Positions 36,614 through 46,122 of a stretch of 64,000 bases of DNA are shown piece by piece. Position 1 is the stretch's first letter. Each line of letters starts with the position of its first letter. The notes below the pieces were generated by a model, which saw nothing but the letters and a program-made list of their open reading frames with translations, ran no database searches and was not told where the DNA came from. The DNA comes from Acetothermia bacterium 64_32 (GTDB lineage: Bacteria > Bipolaricaulota > Bipolaricaulia > Bipolaricaulales > Bipolaricaulaceae), in assembly GCA_001508155.1 (NCBI GenBank), contig LGFI01000006.1:35157-99156 (forward strand), given 5' to 3'. Made by a program: the position numbers and the translations under genes.

Positions 36614-37177
36614 ATGACCTGGACGATTCCCAATCAGATCACGCTTGCCAGGATCCTGGCGATCCCGCTCTTCATGTATTTCCTGTTCGCCGAGGGCACG
36701 ATATACAAGATCCTGGCCCTGGCCATCTTCGCCCTGGCCGCCGCCTCCGACGCGGTGGACGGGTACCTAGCCCGCTCCCTGAACCAGGTCACCCCGTTCG
36801 GGAAGTTCGCCGACCCCATCGCCGACAAGATCCTGGTGGCCGCCGCCCTGGTTTCCTTCGTCCAGCTGGATGAGCTCACCGCCACCCCGGTGGTGACCAT
36901 CCTCTCCCGCGAGTTCCTGGTGACCGGGCTGCGCATCCTGGCTGTGGCCGAGGGGCAAATGATCCCCGCCTCTTTCCTGGGCAAGGCCAAAACGCTTTCC
37001 CATATCGGGCTTGTGCTTTTCATCCTGGCCACCCGCTATTTCGGCATGGGGCCCATCGGCCTGGTCCTAAAGGACGTCTTCCTGTATCTGGCCGTGGCCC
37101 TGGCCATCGTCTCCGGGGGGGAATATTTCTGGAGGTCAAGGGAGCTCTTCGTGCATGGCTTGAAGGGGCAGAAATGA
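36614..37177 (+). CDS. pgsA: CDP-diacylglycerol--glycerol-3-phosphate 3-phosphatidyltransferase
   Basis: CDP-alcohol phosphatidyltransferase motif DAVDGYLAR...GKFADPIADK. Confidence 0.9.
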   Translation: MTWTIPNQITLARILAIPLFMYFLFAEGTIYKILALAIFALAAASDAVDGYLARSLNQVTPFGKFADPIADKILVAAALVSFVQLDELTATPVVTILSREFLVTGLRILAVAEGQMIPASFLGKAKTLSHIGLVLFILATRYFGMGPIGLVLKDVFLYLAVALAIVSGGEYFWRSRELFVHGLKGQK

Positions 37178-37635
37178 GGAAACTACTTGGCCCAGACGGG
37201 GAAATAGACCTCAACGCCCTCCCCCTGGACGGCCTCCTCCGCCAGGCCATGGAGGGGGGAGAACGGGCCTGGCCGGCGGTCCGCCTGCTTCAGACGATGC
37301 ACCGAGGGGGGAGGACGGAAGCGGGCGTGTTCCTGCTTGGGCTCCTTGCCGCCTCTGGAGAGGATTGGAAGAGGCGAGAGAAGCTGGTGGAGTCCCTGGA
37401 CGGGTTCCACCACCCCGGTTGCGTGCACTACCTGGTGGGGGAGTTGCGCCGGGTGAAGGGCAGCAACTCCACCCGCGGGTATCTGAACGCCATCCTCCGG
37501 GTGCTTGAGCGGATGCCCGCCGAGCTGGTGAAGGATGAGCTCTTTGAACTGGCGAACGACCCAGGCCTTTCCCGGCGCATGCGCCAAAAGGCGGAGCAGG
37601 CCTTTTGGGCCGTTGTAATGAGGGATGGAGGCTAA
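37174..37635 (+). CDS. Hypothetical protein
   Basis: 153-aa ORF, ATGA-coupled to pgsA, with coding-like composition. No family recognised. Confidence 0.45.
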   Translation: MRKLLGPDGEIDLNALPLDGLLRQAMEGGERAWPAVRLLQTMHRGGRTEAGVFLLGLLAASGEDWKRREKLVESLDGFHHPGCVHYLVGELRRVKGSNSTRGYLNAILRVLERMPAELVKDELFELANDPGLSRRMRQKAEQAFWAVVMRDGG

Positions 37636-37792
37636 ACATAGGTTGGTTCCCCTAGCTATTCGGCGATCGGGTTTGCCTCGAGTAGTACACGGAGTAGAGC
37701 GAGGTTAGAAGCTTGCCGGACATGATTGCCCTGAATCCTGAGGGCGGGGTAAGGTGTCGTGGGTTGACATTAGCTCCCTTTTCACGTGAAGA

Positions 37793-37920
37793 GGATCCTC
37801 CGCGAGTTCTTCCATGAGGGGAAGGGCGCCGACCCCATAGTCCACTTCCCAATCATGTTCAAATCTTTGCTTTTGACATCCATCGGCCTCTCGGTGTAGG
37901 CGAACCCACCCCACCAACAT
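37793..37920. repeat. Copy B of the ~110-nt structured intergenic element (TIR CTTTGCTTTTGA / TCAAAAGTAAAG)
   Basis: Aligns with 12347-12456. It lies in a ~300-nt lower-GC stretch without convincing ORFs. Confidence 0.5.
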
Positions 37921-37957
37921 CAAAAGTAAAGCCCTGAACCCGCGGGGTGGCGAGGCT

Positions 37958-38377
37958 CTAGGGGCGAGCCTCGCCGAAGGTTTCCTCCAGCCAGCGGGCG
38001 ATCCCGTCCCTGACGCGCCGGAAGGCGGCTAGGCGCTCTTCCTCCGTCCCCTCGGCGGCCGCCGGGTCGGGGAAGCCGGCGTGGAGGTACTCCTTGGCCC
38101 CGGGGAAGAAGGGGCAGGTCTCTTTGGCGTGGTCGCATACGGTGACCACGTAGTCGAACTCCTGTCCCAGGAACTCTTCGATGGATTTGGAGTGCTGGTG
38201 GGAGATGTCGATCCCCAGCTCGGCCATGACTTTGATTGCCAGGGGATGGACCCCGGTGGGCTTGATCCCGGCGCTTTTGGCCTCGAAGCGGTCGCCGTAG
38301 CGGGCGTTCACGAGACCCTCAGCCATCTGGGAGCGGGCCGAGTTATGAGTACAGATGAAAAGCACCTTCTTCTTCAC
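37958..38377 (-). CDS. arsC: Arsenate reductase (thioredoxin-coupled, LMW-PTP type)
   Basis: CTHNSARSQMAE P-loop. Confidence 0.9.
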   Translation of the reverse strand: MKKKVLFICTHNSARSQMAEGLVNARYGDRFEAKSAGIKPTGVHPLAIKVMAELGIDISHQHSKSIEEFLGQEFDYVVTVCDHAKETCPFFPGAKEYLHAGFPDPAAAEGTEEERLAAFRRVRDGIARWLEETFGEARP

Positions 38378-39444
38378 ACTCTCCCCTCTGCTGGAGCGGA
38401 AAAACGGGCGAACCAGGGTTTGGTCCTGTTGGCGATCCAGACCAGGGTGAGCATGATGGGGACCTCCTCTAGCACCCCCACCACCGTGGAAAGGGCCGCC
38501 CCGGACTCAAGGCCAAAAAGGGAGATCGCCACCGCCACGGCGAGCTCGAAGAAGTTGGAGGCCCCGATCTGGGCCGCCGGCGCCGCCACGGGATGCGGGA
38601 CCTTAAGGAGCCACGCCGCCCCGTACCCCAACGCGAAGATTAAGAAGGTCTGGATGGCCAGGGGCACCGCGATGAGGAAGATGTGGGCCGGGTTCTGGAT
38701 GATCTTCTCCCCCTGGTAGGAGAAGAGGATCACCAGGGTAAGGAGAAGCCCACCGATGGTCACCGGCCGCAGCCTGCGCAGAAAGATGCTCTCGAACCAC
38801 TCCTCCCCCCGCCGGGAGATGAAGTAGCGGCGGGTAGCGTACCCCAGCGCCAGGGGGATCACCACGTAAAGGACCACCGAAAGGAGCACCGTATCGTAAG
38901 GGACGTAGATCCGTGAGAGCCCCAAAAGCCCCTTCACGATGGGGGCATAGAGGAGGATCAGGACGAGATCGTTCACCGAAACCTGGATCAGGGTGTAGGC
39001 CGGATCGCCCCGGGAAAGATAACTCCACACGAACACCATGGCGGTACAGGGCGCGGCCCCCAGGAGCACTGCCCCGGCGTAGTACTCCCGGGCAAGCTCG
39101 GGTGGGATCCAGTGCTTGAAGAGGACGAACAGGAAGAGTGCCGAGATCCCGGCCATGGTGAAGGGCTTTATCGCCCAGTTCACGGTAAGGGTGAGGGCGA
39201 GGCCCTTGGGGCGTTTCCCCGCCTCCACGATCCGGGAGAACTCGATCTGGGCCATCATGGGGTAGATCATGAGCCAGATGAGGATCGCCACCGGGATGGA
39301 GACGTGGGCCACCTCCGCCTTCTTGAGGGCGGCGGGGAAGGCCGGGAACAGCCAGCCGATCCCGATCCCGACGAGGATGCAGAGGGCAACCCAAACGGAA
39401 AGGTACCGCTCGAACGTGGAAAGGCCTTTCTCCTTCTCCATCAT
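38374..39444 (-). CDS. acr3: Arsenite efflux transporter ACR3
   Basis: Ten-TM ACR3-family architecture. Confidence 0.9.
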   Translation of the reverse strand: MMEKEKGLSTFERYLSVWVALCILVGIGIGWLFPAFPAALKKAEVAHVSIPVAILIWLMIYPMMAQIEFSRIVEAGKRPKGLALTLTVNWAIKPFTMAGISALFLFVLFKHWIPPELAREYYAGAVLLGAAPCTAMVFVWSYLSRGDPAYTLIQVSVNDLVLILLYAPIVKGLLGLSRIYVPYDTVLLSVVLYVVIPLALGYATRRYFISRRGEEWFESIFLRRLRPVTIGGLLLTLVILFSYQGEKIIQNPAHIFLIAVPLAIQTFLIFALGYGAAWLLKVPHPVAAPAAQIGASNFFELAVAVAISLFGLESGAALSTVVGVLEEVPIMLTLVWIANRTKPWFARFSAPAEGRV

Positions 39445-39839
39445 CTACCTCCACGGGGGCCGATGACGCACACCCCTCCCTTTCGCTTCTTCATGCGCTC
39501 CTTAAGGCGCGCGAGGTCATCCGGGTGCGGGGAGAGGAAGGGCCTGAGTGCCTCGATGAGATCGGAGGGCACCGGCTCGTAATAAACCCAGGGGCCTTTG
39601 TGTTCGCCCTTGACGAAACCGACGGCCTTAAGGGCGGAGAGGTGCCGGGAGACCTTGTATTCAGGGAGGCTCAAAGCATCGGCGATCTCGCACACGCACA
39701 CTGGCTTTCCCACGGCAAGAAGGAGCGTCATGATCCGCACACGCATGGGACTTCCCAGCGCCTTTAGCCGCATCGCAAGGGCCTTTTGCACCATTTTGCA
39801 GTTGCATTTTACAGCAAATACCTCCGGTGTAAAGGCCAC
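39441..39839 (-). CDS. arsR: ArsR/SmtB family transcriptional repressor
   Basis: Winged HTH with the CVCEI metalloid-binding motif. Confidence 0.85.
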   Translation of the reverse strand: MAFTPEVFAVKCNCKMVQKALAMRLKALGSPMRVRIMTLLLAVGKPVCVCEIADALSLPEYKVSRHLSALKAVGFVKGEHKGPWVYYEPVPSDLIEALRPFLSPHPDDLARLKERMKKRKGGVCVIGPRGGR

Positions 39840-39876
39840 CCTTAGGGTGGCGGGGAAAACGATCTTCTGCCCTGGT

Positions 39877-41046
39877 TCAATCCGCCGCTTGGGACAGCGC
39901 GGCCCGGGCTTCCTCTACCATGGCAGCGAGGTTCACGAACCTGACCTTGACCCCCTGTATCGTCCGACTATAGGGCTCTGCCACATCGCTTGTTACCACG
40001 TAGCAGCGGGCGTTTGGGTAGCGGCGCACCAGGGCCTTGAGCCCTTGGGGCGAAAAGGCGTCGGCCTTCCACTTGGCCTCGATGGCGATGATCGCACCCC
40101 TCCGGAGGGGGATCACGAAATCCACCTCGTGCCCCTTCTTGTCGCGCCAGTACCTGATATCCCGCGTTTCCAGTTTCGCCTGAAGCTCGTTCAGCACGAA
40201 ATGCTCCCATAGGTATCCATAATCATCCGGCCTGAGGCTTACCCAACCCCGAAAATAGCAGACGAAACCCGTGTCAAACGCGTATACCTTGGGCGCGGCC
40301 ACGATCTCGCTAGGACGGTGGGTACTGTAGGGACGGATCACATGGGCCACGTAAGTGGCCTCAAGCACGGATAAGTAGTTGGAGATCGTGGTCCGACTCA
40401 CCTCACACGGGCGCGCGAACCGTGTGGCTTCGAAGATCCCCCCGCTGGTGGCGAAAAGGAGCTCCATAAACCGGAGAAAGGAATAACGACGTTCCAGCCG
40501 GAAAAGTTCCAAGATGTCTTTCGCCCAAAAGGCATCCATCCACTCCTGGAAATCGCGCTCCGGGAGCTCAGCGGCCAAGAAGAACGGGGGCAACCCCCCA
40601 TGCAGGAATCGGTGGGAGAGGTCCGTGTTGCCGAAGTCCCGCAAGTCGTCAGTGATCATCGGGGTTAGCCATACCTCGGCCTTCCTGCCGGTCAAGGTGT
40701 CGCGGAACCTGGCGGAAGCGCCCAGGAACGACGAGCCGGTGGCTAGGATCCGCACGTCCGGATAGTGGTCGGCAGCGATCTTCAGGATCTCTGATGGGTT
40801 GGGCAGGCGATGGATCTCATCCAAGATTACGCGCTGCCCCCGTCGTTCCGCCAGAAAGGCCTCCGGGTCCTCCAACAGGCGCCGCACCCGTGGGAGCTCG
40901 CAATCGAAATACTCCACATCCTTCAGGCTCAAGCTTAGGCACGTCTTTCCCACCCGCCGCACCCCCGCAAGCCACACCACTGACCGCCGCCTCCAGGCCT
41001 CCTCTACGCGCCTGATCCAATATCTCCGCGGTACCATGTGCAACAA
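39877..41046 (-). CDS. AAA+ ATPase with DUF4143 C-terminal domain
   Basis: Walker A GVRRVGKT, followed by a restriction-endonuclease-like DUF4143 region. Confidence 0.75.
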   Translation of the reverse strand: MLHMVPRRYWIRRVEEAWRRRSVVWLAGVRRVGKTCLSLSLKDVEYFDCELPRVRRLLEDPEAFLAERRGQRVILDEIHRLPNPSEILKIAADHYPDVRILATGSSFLGASARFRDTLTGRKAEVWLTPMITDDLRDFGNTDLSHRFLHGGLPPFFLAAELPERDFQEWMDAFWAKDILELFRLERRYSFLRFMELLFATSGGIFEATRFARPCEVSRTTISNYLSVLEATYVAHVIRPYSTHRPSEIVAAPKVYAFDTGFVCYFRGWVSLRPDDYGYLWEHFVLNELQAKLETRDIRYWRDKKGHEVDFVIPLRRGAIIAIEAKWKADAFSPQGLKALVRRYPNARCYVVTSDVAEPYSRTIQGVKVRFVNLAAMVEEARAALSQAAD

Positions 41047-41172
41047 ATATAACGCATGGTTCTACCAAATGCAAGAATGCTTGCATTTGGTTCCACAACT
41101 CGTGGCCGGACAATCTTCGCATTGGGTTGCCCATTACAGGCGGCATGGGCTAAGGTAGCTGAAGGGGTACGG

Positions 41173-41658
41173 ATGAAGACGTTGGTGGCCATTTATTCCA
41201 GGAGCGGGACTACGCTTTCCGTTGGCAAAAGGATCGCCGACGCGCTTGGAGCTGACCTGGAGGTCATCGAGGATCGGGTTAACCGAAGGGGCATCTTGGG
41301 TTTCCTGCGCTCGGGGTACGAGGCGCTTGCCAAGAGGGTCCCGCCCATAGCCGAGCCGAAGCACGATCCTGGCGACTACGACCTCGTGGTCGTGGGGACC
41401 CCCATCTGGGCGGGGAGGATGTCGAGCCCGGTGAGGGCTTATCTCCACCGTTTTCGGGGGAAGCTACCCCGGGCGGCCTTCTTCGCCACCTCCGCGGGCG
41501 GCGGCCACACAAAGGCCCTGGCCGAGATGGCGGAAGTAGCCGGCGTGGAGCCCCTTTCCACCCTCGAGCTGACAGCGGATCAGCTGGAAAGCGAGGAGGC
41601 CACCAGGGCCGTCGGCGAGTTCACGGCGGAGCTCTCCCGCCGCGCCAGGGTCCGTTGA
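41173..41658 (+). CDS. Flavodoxin-like protein
   Basis: KTLVAIYSRSGTT and GTPIWAG flavodoxin motifs. ATG at 41173. Confidence 0.7.
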   Translation: MKTLVAIYSRSGTTLSVGKRIADALGADLEVIEDRVNRRGILGFLRSGYEALAKRVPPIAEPKHDPGDYDLVVVGTPIWAGRMSSPVRAYLHRFRGKLPRAAFFATSAGGGHTKALAEMAEVAGVEPLSTLELTADQLESEEATRAVGEFTAELSRRARVR

Positions 41659-41676
41659 AGGGAAGGGGGCAGGAGG

Positions 41677-42819
41677 ATGTCTTTCGAATGGCACCAATGG
41701 TCTCTTGCTGGTTTTTTCGGCGCCCTTTTTCTCATCGCCCTCTCCAACCTCTGGGGGATCCCCCGGCTTCGAAGAAAGGCCCCGCCTGATTTCCCCAAGG
41801 TTTCCATCCTCATACCCATGCGCGATGAGGCCGGGAACGCGAAGACAGCGATCTCATCGGTCTTGGCCCTCGACTACCCGGATTTTGAGCTGCTGGTTTA
41901 CGAGGAGGGATCGGTGGACGCGACGTGGGAGGTCCTCAAGAGCGTTTCCGATCCACGGCTGAGGGTCATCAAGGGGAGTGCCCCGCCGCCTGGGTGGACT
42001 GGGAAGAACTGGGCCTGCCATAACCTGGCCAATGAGGCAAAAGGTGAACTCCTCTTGTTCGTCGATGCCGACGTGCGCCTGGAGGCGCAAGCACTCCGCG
42101 CTGCGGTGGCAGAACTTCTAAATGGTCGCTATCACATGGTCTCCGTGCTCCCCCACCAGGAAGTGGGTTCGCTGGGGGAACTGCTTTTGGTGTCTTTAAT
42201 TCCGTGGTCGGTGATGAGCTTTTTCCCGTTGCTCTTGGTGAAGGCGACCAGGATCATAAAGATCCAGGCTACGGTGGGGCAATTTATCCTGGTGAGGCGA
42301 GATGCCTACGAAGAAGTCGGAGGTCATAAGGCGATAAAGGGAGAAGTGTTGGACGATTTCGAGCTCGGCTGGAGGATTAGGGGACACGGCTTCAGGGTGG
42401 GCCTCTTCTATGGCGGAGATCACGTGCGCTGCCGGATGTACCGGGGCTTTAGGGAAGCACTCGACGGACTCTCCAAGAACCTGTTCCTCGTCTTCCGGCG
42501 TCGGTTGGTCTTGTTTGCCTTCGTTTGGACGTTCGTGCTCTACAGCTCCTGGGAGCCGCTTGTGGTTTCGGTGGCGGCGGGCCTGGGGGCACCTGTCCCG
42601 GCGGGGACATTTCGCGCTTCCTTGTTGGCCACGTCCCTCTCCTTGGCATTGTGGGAGATCACAACCCTCAGGTTCGGCTTGCCCCTTTACCTTCCGTTTA
42701 TCCACCCGCTCGTCACGGCCACCGCCTTCGCCACCGCGGTCCGGTCCGCTTACTGGCACCTTGCCGGACGAGGTACCTGGAAGGGACGCACCATTCACGT
42801 GGAAAGGAGGGAGAGTTGA
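41677..42819 (+). CDS. Membrane-anchored family 2 glycosyltransferase
   Basis: N-terminal TM, VSILIPMRDE, a DXD-type motif (FVDADV), and C-terminal TM helices. Confidence 0.8.
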   Translation: MSFEWHQWSLAGFFGALFLIALSNLWGIPRLRRKAPPDFPKVSILIPMRDEAGNAKTAISSVLALDYPDFELLVYEEGSVDATWEVLKSVSDPRLRVIKGSAPPPGWTGKNWACHNLANEAKGELLLFVDADVRLEAQALRAAVAELLNGRYHMVSVLPHQEVGSLGELLLVSLIPWSVMSFFPLLLVKATRIIKIQATVGQFILVRRDAYEEVGGHKAIKGEVLDDFELGWRIRGHGFRVGLFYGGDHVRCRMYRGFREALDGLSKNLFLVFRRRLVLFAFVWTFVLYSSWEPLVVSVAAGLGAPVPAGTFRASLLATSLSLALWEITTLRFGLPLYLPFIHPLVTATAFATAVRSAYWHLAGRGTWKGRTIHVERRES

Positions 42820-43619
42820 AAAAGTGGGCGATCCTAGCTGTTGTCTTTGCTGTTGTCTTTTTGTCCTTTTCTCTCCTGGCTGGGGAGAAGCTCGAGTGGC
42901 CGGATCTAGCTGGTCAATGGGCGCTGTTCCAGGTGGTATCTGATTACTGGGAAGCGCCGCTCCTCGGGGAACGTCCCCGCCGGATCTACCAGATCGCAAA
43001 GATCGCGATCGCGCAGGACGGCCCCGACCTTGTGCTTCGTTCGGAGGGGATATGTCTTATGAAATTCGACATGGGGACATCCATGGTGCGGCTTTCGGTG
43101 TCCCCCGAGTTCCTGAAGGTGGCGCATATCGGCCCTTTACGGGGTAGCCTCAGCCGGGAAGGGGATGAGGTGCTCCTGAAGATCCCCACCTTCACCGTGT
43201 TAAACGGCGTGAGGCTTGCGGAACCTGAAACCGAACCCCTTCCCACTTCCCCGGAAGATCCCCGGGTGGTGGATATAGACGGCGATGGGAAACCTGGTTT
43301 CACCGTGTACGTGAGGATATTAGGGTTTATTCCCGGGGAGACCTATGTGGTCCAGAGGTTGCGCCAAGAGTACCATGGCAGGGTGTGGGGACCGGATCTC
43401 GTGCGTGGGGTTATCGCTTGGGAAGATGAGCAGGTGACTTTGGGGGCCTCCGGGAGCTTCTTCCTTATTTCTGGAAGGGGAAGGCCCGATCCTGATCCAA
43501 ATCACTCCTTCTTCATCCTAAGGAGGATCACCGGCACGGAAACCTGTGACGAACTAATCGGGCTTTTCCAGGAGGAGCTGGAAGGTCAAGCTTCCTTTGG
43601 TATGGTGAATTGCTTGTGA
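42816..43619 (+). CDS. Secreted/periplasmic hypothetical protein
   Basis: TTG start behind RBS GGAAAGGAGG. Signal peptide KKWAILAVVFAVVFLSFSLLAG. TTGA coupling to the GT2 gene. The ORF track draws an upstream extension from 42525, which I judge spurious. Confidence 0.5.
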   Translation: MKKWAILAVVFAVVFLSFSLLAGEKLEWPDLAGQWALFQVVSDYWEAPLLGERPRRIYQIAKIAIAQDGPDLVLRSEGICLMKFDMGTSMVRLSVSPEFLKVAHIGPLRGSLSREGDEVLLKIPTFTVLNGVRLAEPETEPLPTSPEDPRVVDIDGDGKPGFTVYVRILGFIPGETYVVQRLRQEYHGRVWGPDLVRGVIAWEDEQVTLGASGSFFLISGRGRPDPDPNHSFFILRRITGTETCDELIGLFQEELEGQASFGMVNCL

Positions 43620-43625
43620 TAACAA

Positions 43626-44288
43626 ATGTGGAACTTTGAGCGGGGTTTGGCCAAGGTAGTGGGGATGATGCTCCACCGAGAACTTAAGGCGGGCGTGCGG
43701 GCGGTATACCTAGAGGGGAAATTCCCACCGCCGCCCTTCGTCCTCGCCATGAATCACCACTCATACTTCGACGGGCACCTCGTCTATCTCCTGTTTCGGA
43801 GTTTCGGCTTTAGGGGGAAGCTGCTCATTTCCCCGGAGAACGTGGCCGCGTTTCCCATCTTCAGGCCCCTGGGGGCGCTTGAGGCAAGCCGGGTGCGGGC
43901 CGCACTGCAGGCGCTCGGGGCGGGGGAGGTGGTGGCGGTTTTCCCCGAAGGGGATCTGCGCTGCCACGGGAAGCTCGGCGAGCTTAAGCGGGGGGCGGTT
44001 TTCTTGGCCCAAAAAGCAAGGGTCCCATTGGTCCCTTGTGCGGCCCGCCTTTTTCCACGGGGCTTTCCCCGGCCGGAGATCTATATTTGGATCGGCGATC
44101 CCGTGGATCCAGACTTAGGAGCCCTGCGTGTGGCTTTGGAGAGGATGCTTTCCGCGATGGACGAGCTCGTAGAAAAGACGCATCCCCGCGAGCCCATCCC
44201 CGGCTTTCACCCGCTTTTCACCGGCCATCGCGGCCTCGACGAGCAGATGGCTGGGATCTCCCGCGCTTTGGGGAGGTTCTTGAGGTAA
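43626..44288 (+). CDS. Lysophospholipid acyltransferase (LPLAT family)
   Basis: NHHSYFD (HxxxxD) and FPEGD motifs. Confidence 0.75.
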   Translation: MWNFERGLAKVVGMMLHRELKAGVRAVYLEGKFPPPPFVLAMNHHSYFDGHLVYLLFRSFGFRGKLLISPENVAAFPIFRPLGALEASRVRAALQALGAGEVVAVFPEGDLRCHGKLGELKRGAVFLAQKARVPLVPCAARLFPRGFPRPEIYIWIGDPVDPDLGALRVALERMLSAMDELVEKTHPREPIPGFHPLFTGHRGLDEQMAGISRALGRFLR

Positions 44289-44300
44289 CAAGTACCTTTC

Positions 44301-44864
44301 TTACCCCGATTCGATGTTGGGAGATTGATCTATTGGCACGAACTTTTCCCACTCATACCCGTTCCGCTTCAGGATCGACCTGATTTCTTCCAGTGTGGGC
44401 TCGGGCAAGGTGGGGGAGCGGCTCAGGATCCAGCCATACTTTCTCTTCGGCTCGCCCACCACGGCCCAGGAGTAGTCGGGCCCCAAAGCCAGGATCCAGT
44501 AGTTCCCTGGGAAAAGCCAGTGCCCAAGGAACTTGAAGAAGCTCACCCTGAGCTTCCCCGGCTCTTTGGGGTTCGGGACCCAAGCACGGCCGCGGGCGAC
44601 TTTTTTCTCGCCACGGGCGTTGAAGCACTCGTTGACTACCTCGATTGTGCCATCGGGAAGGAGGGTGTAAGTGGCGGTGGTCCCTGACTTACAGCCCCGC
44701 TCGAACCAGGTGGGGATGTGGGCGATAGCGTACCACCTGCCCACGTAGTGCTCGAGATCCACTTTTTCCACGACTTCTGGCAAGGAAGTCGGCCGCTCAA
44801 CCATTGCCACCAGGGCAATAAGCCCCACCGCAGCCAGAAAAAGCCACTCCGTGTTCGAAAGCAT
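44301..44864 (-). CDS. blc: Bacterial lipocalin (Blc-like)
   Basis: YVGRWYAIAHIP and the SWAVVGEPKRKYGWILSR lipocalin signature. Confidence 0.85.
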   Translation of the reverse strand: MLSNTEWLFLAAVGLIALVAMVERPTSLPEVVEKVDLEHYVGRWYAIAHIPTWFERGCKSGTTATYTLLPDGTIEVVNECFNARGEKKVARGRAWVPNPKEPGKLRVSFFKFLGHWLFPGNYWILALGPDYSWAVVGEPKRKYGWILSRSPTLPEPTLEEIRSILKRNGYEWEKFVPIDQSPNIESG

Positions 44865-45027
44865 CTCGCCACCTCCTCATCAATGCTTTCCGCCCCGGAG
44901 ATCCGAGCGCGGGGTCGGAAGATGTCGTTCATGTGGATTCAGTTTAGCAGATAAGCCGGCATTGACCGACTGCCAGTGGCCCCCACTCTCTATACAGCAT
45001 AGGCAAAGGGCGCCCGCCAAGAGCCGC

Positions 45028-45221
45028 ACGCTGGAGAACTGGCTCTGGAAGGCGGCCTGTGCCATCCGCAGCCCCGCCGACGTCCCGAAGTTCAAGGATT
45101 ACATCCTGCCCTGTTCTTCCAGAAGTGGCTTTCCGATGTGTTAGACGATGAGGCGGCCCGCCGGGTCGCCCCGACCACCCACGCTGGATTGACCCTTGAC
45201 CGCTCTCTAACCGCCATTTAA
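45028..45221 (+). pseudogene. N-terminal remnant of a type I R-M methyltransferase subunit (HsdM_N-like), frameshifted and truncated
   Basis: LENWLWKAACAIRSPADVPKFKDYILP, then after a -1 shift LFFQKWLSDVLDDEAA, matches the HsdM N-terminal pattern LWKAADxLRG...[22 protein letters not shown]. No MTase core follows. Confidence 0.4.
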
Positions 45222-45256
45222 ACTGGTCTGAGACTGGTCCATAAGAGGTGAAGAGG

Positions 45257-45493
45257 ATGGAAGAGATTGGAGCTTATGAGGCCAAGGCGCAGTTTTCCGA
45301 GCTCCTACGGCGTGTGGAGAAGGGTGAACGGTTCGTGATTACCCGACATGGGGTTCCCGTGGCCGTTTTGGGACCTGTCTCACCCCGTCACCGGGACGTC
45401 AGGGAAGTGATCAGGGCCCTAAAGGAATTCCGGAAAAAACACACCCTGGGCGGTTTGAAGATCAAAGACCTGATAGAGGAAGGACGCATGTGA
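45257..45493 (+). CDS. vapB: Type II antitoxin VapB (Phd/YefM-like)
   Basis: AYEAKAQFSELLRRVEKGERFVITRHGVPVAVL. 4-nt overlap with vapC. Confidence 0.8.
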   Translation: MEEIGAYEAKAQFSELLRRVEKGERFVITRHGVPVAVLGPVSPRHRDVREVIRALKEFRKKHTLGGLKIKDLIEEGRM

Positions 45494-45924
45494 TGAAACG
45501 GGTTCTGTTTGTGCTAGACGCATCAGTGGCCCTGGCCTGGGGGTTAGAGGACGAAAGTAACCCATATACCGATGCGGCTCTGGATGCGCTGGAACACGGA
45601 GAAGCACTCGTTCCATCTATCTGGCCGCTGGAAGTCAGTAATGCCCTTCTGATGGCGGAGCGGAGGGAGCGCATCTCCCAGGCCATGGTAGCGGAATTTC
45701 TGGAGTACCTTCGATCATTGCCCATCGTTGTGGAGCAATCCGGTCCGGAACAGATCTTCGGGGAAGTGCTCCTTCTGGCGCGCGAACAGGGCCTCTCCGT
45801 CTATGACGCGGCCTATCTGGACCTTGCCCTTCGCCGCGGACTTCCTTTGGCCACACAGGACCGGGCCCTTAGGACCGCCGCCTTCAGGATGGGCGTTGAG
45901 ATCTTCGGCCCGCAGGAGGGATGA
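45490..45924 (+). CDS. vapC: PIN-domain ribonuclease toxin VapC
   Basis: PIN acidic residues (VLDASV, D..YDAAYLDLA, ATQD). Confidence 0.85.
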   Translation: MMKRVLFVLDASVALAWGLEDESNPYTDAALDALEHGEALVPSIWPLEVSNALLMAERRERISQAMVAEFLEYLRSLPIVVEQSGPEQIFGEVLLLAREQGLSVYDAAYLDLALRRGLPLATQDRALRTAAFRMGVEIFGPQEG

Positions 45925-46122
45925 TGGAACTCCGTCGCGCAGGGTCTGCCGGAGCCCGAGTTTCAGAACCAGGGGTGGCCTTCTGGTCACTTTAGCCAAG
46001 GACCCCCTACACGCCGGAGGGTTTGTGGCGCGGGGGCTCAGCGAACGCAGATCCGAAAGTAGGGAGGGCCTTTTGTTGCCGAAAGTGAGAGGGGATTCGG
46101 GGAACAGAAAGGGGCAAGAGGC

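Noticed and set aside
37705-37923. 72-aa minus-strand ORF inside the low-GC stretch containing repeat copy B
   Set aside because: It has no RBS and no family resemblance, and it overlaps the repeated element. It is more likely non-coding.
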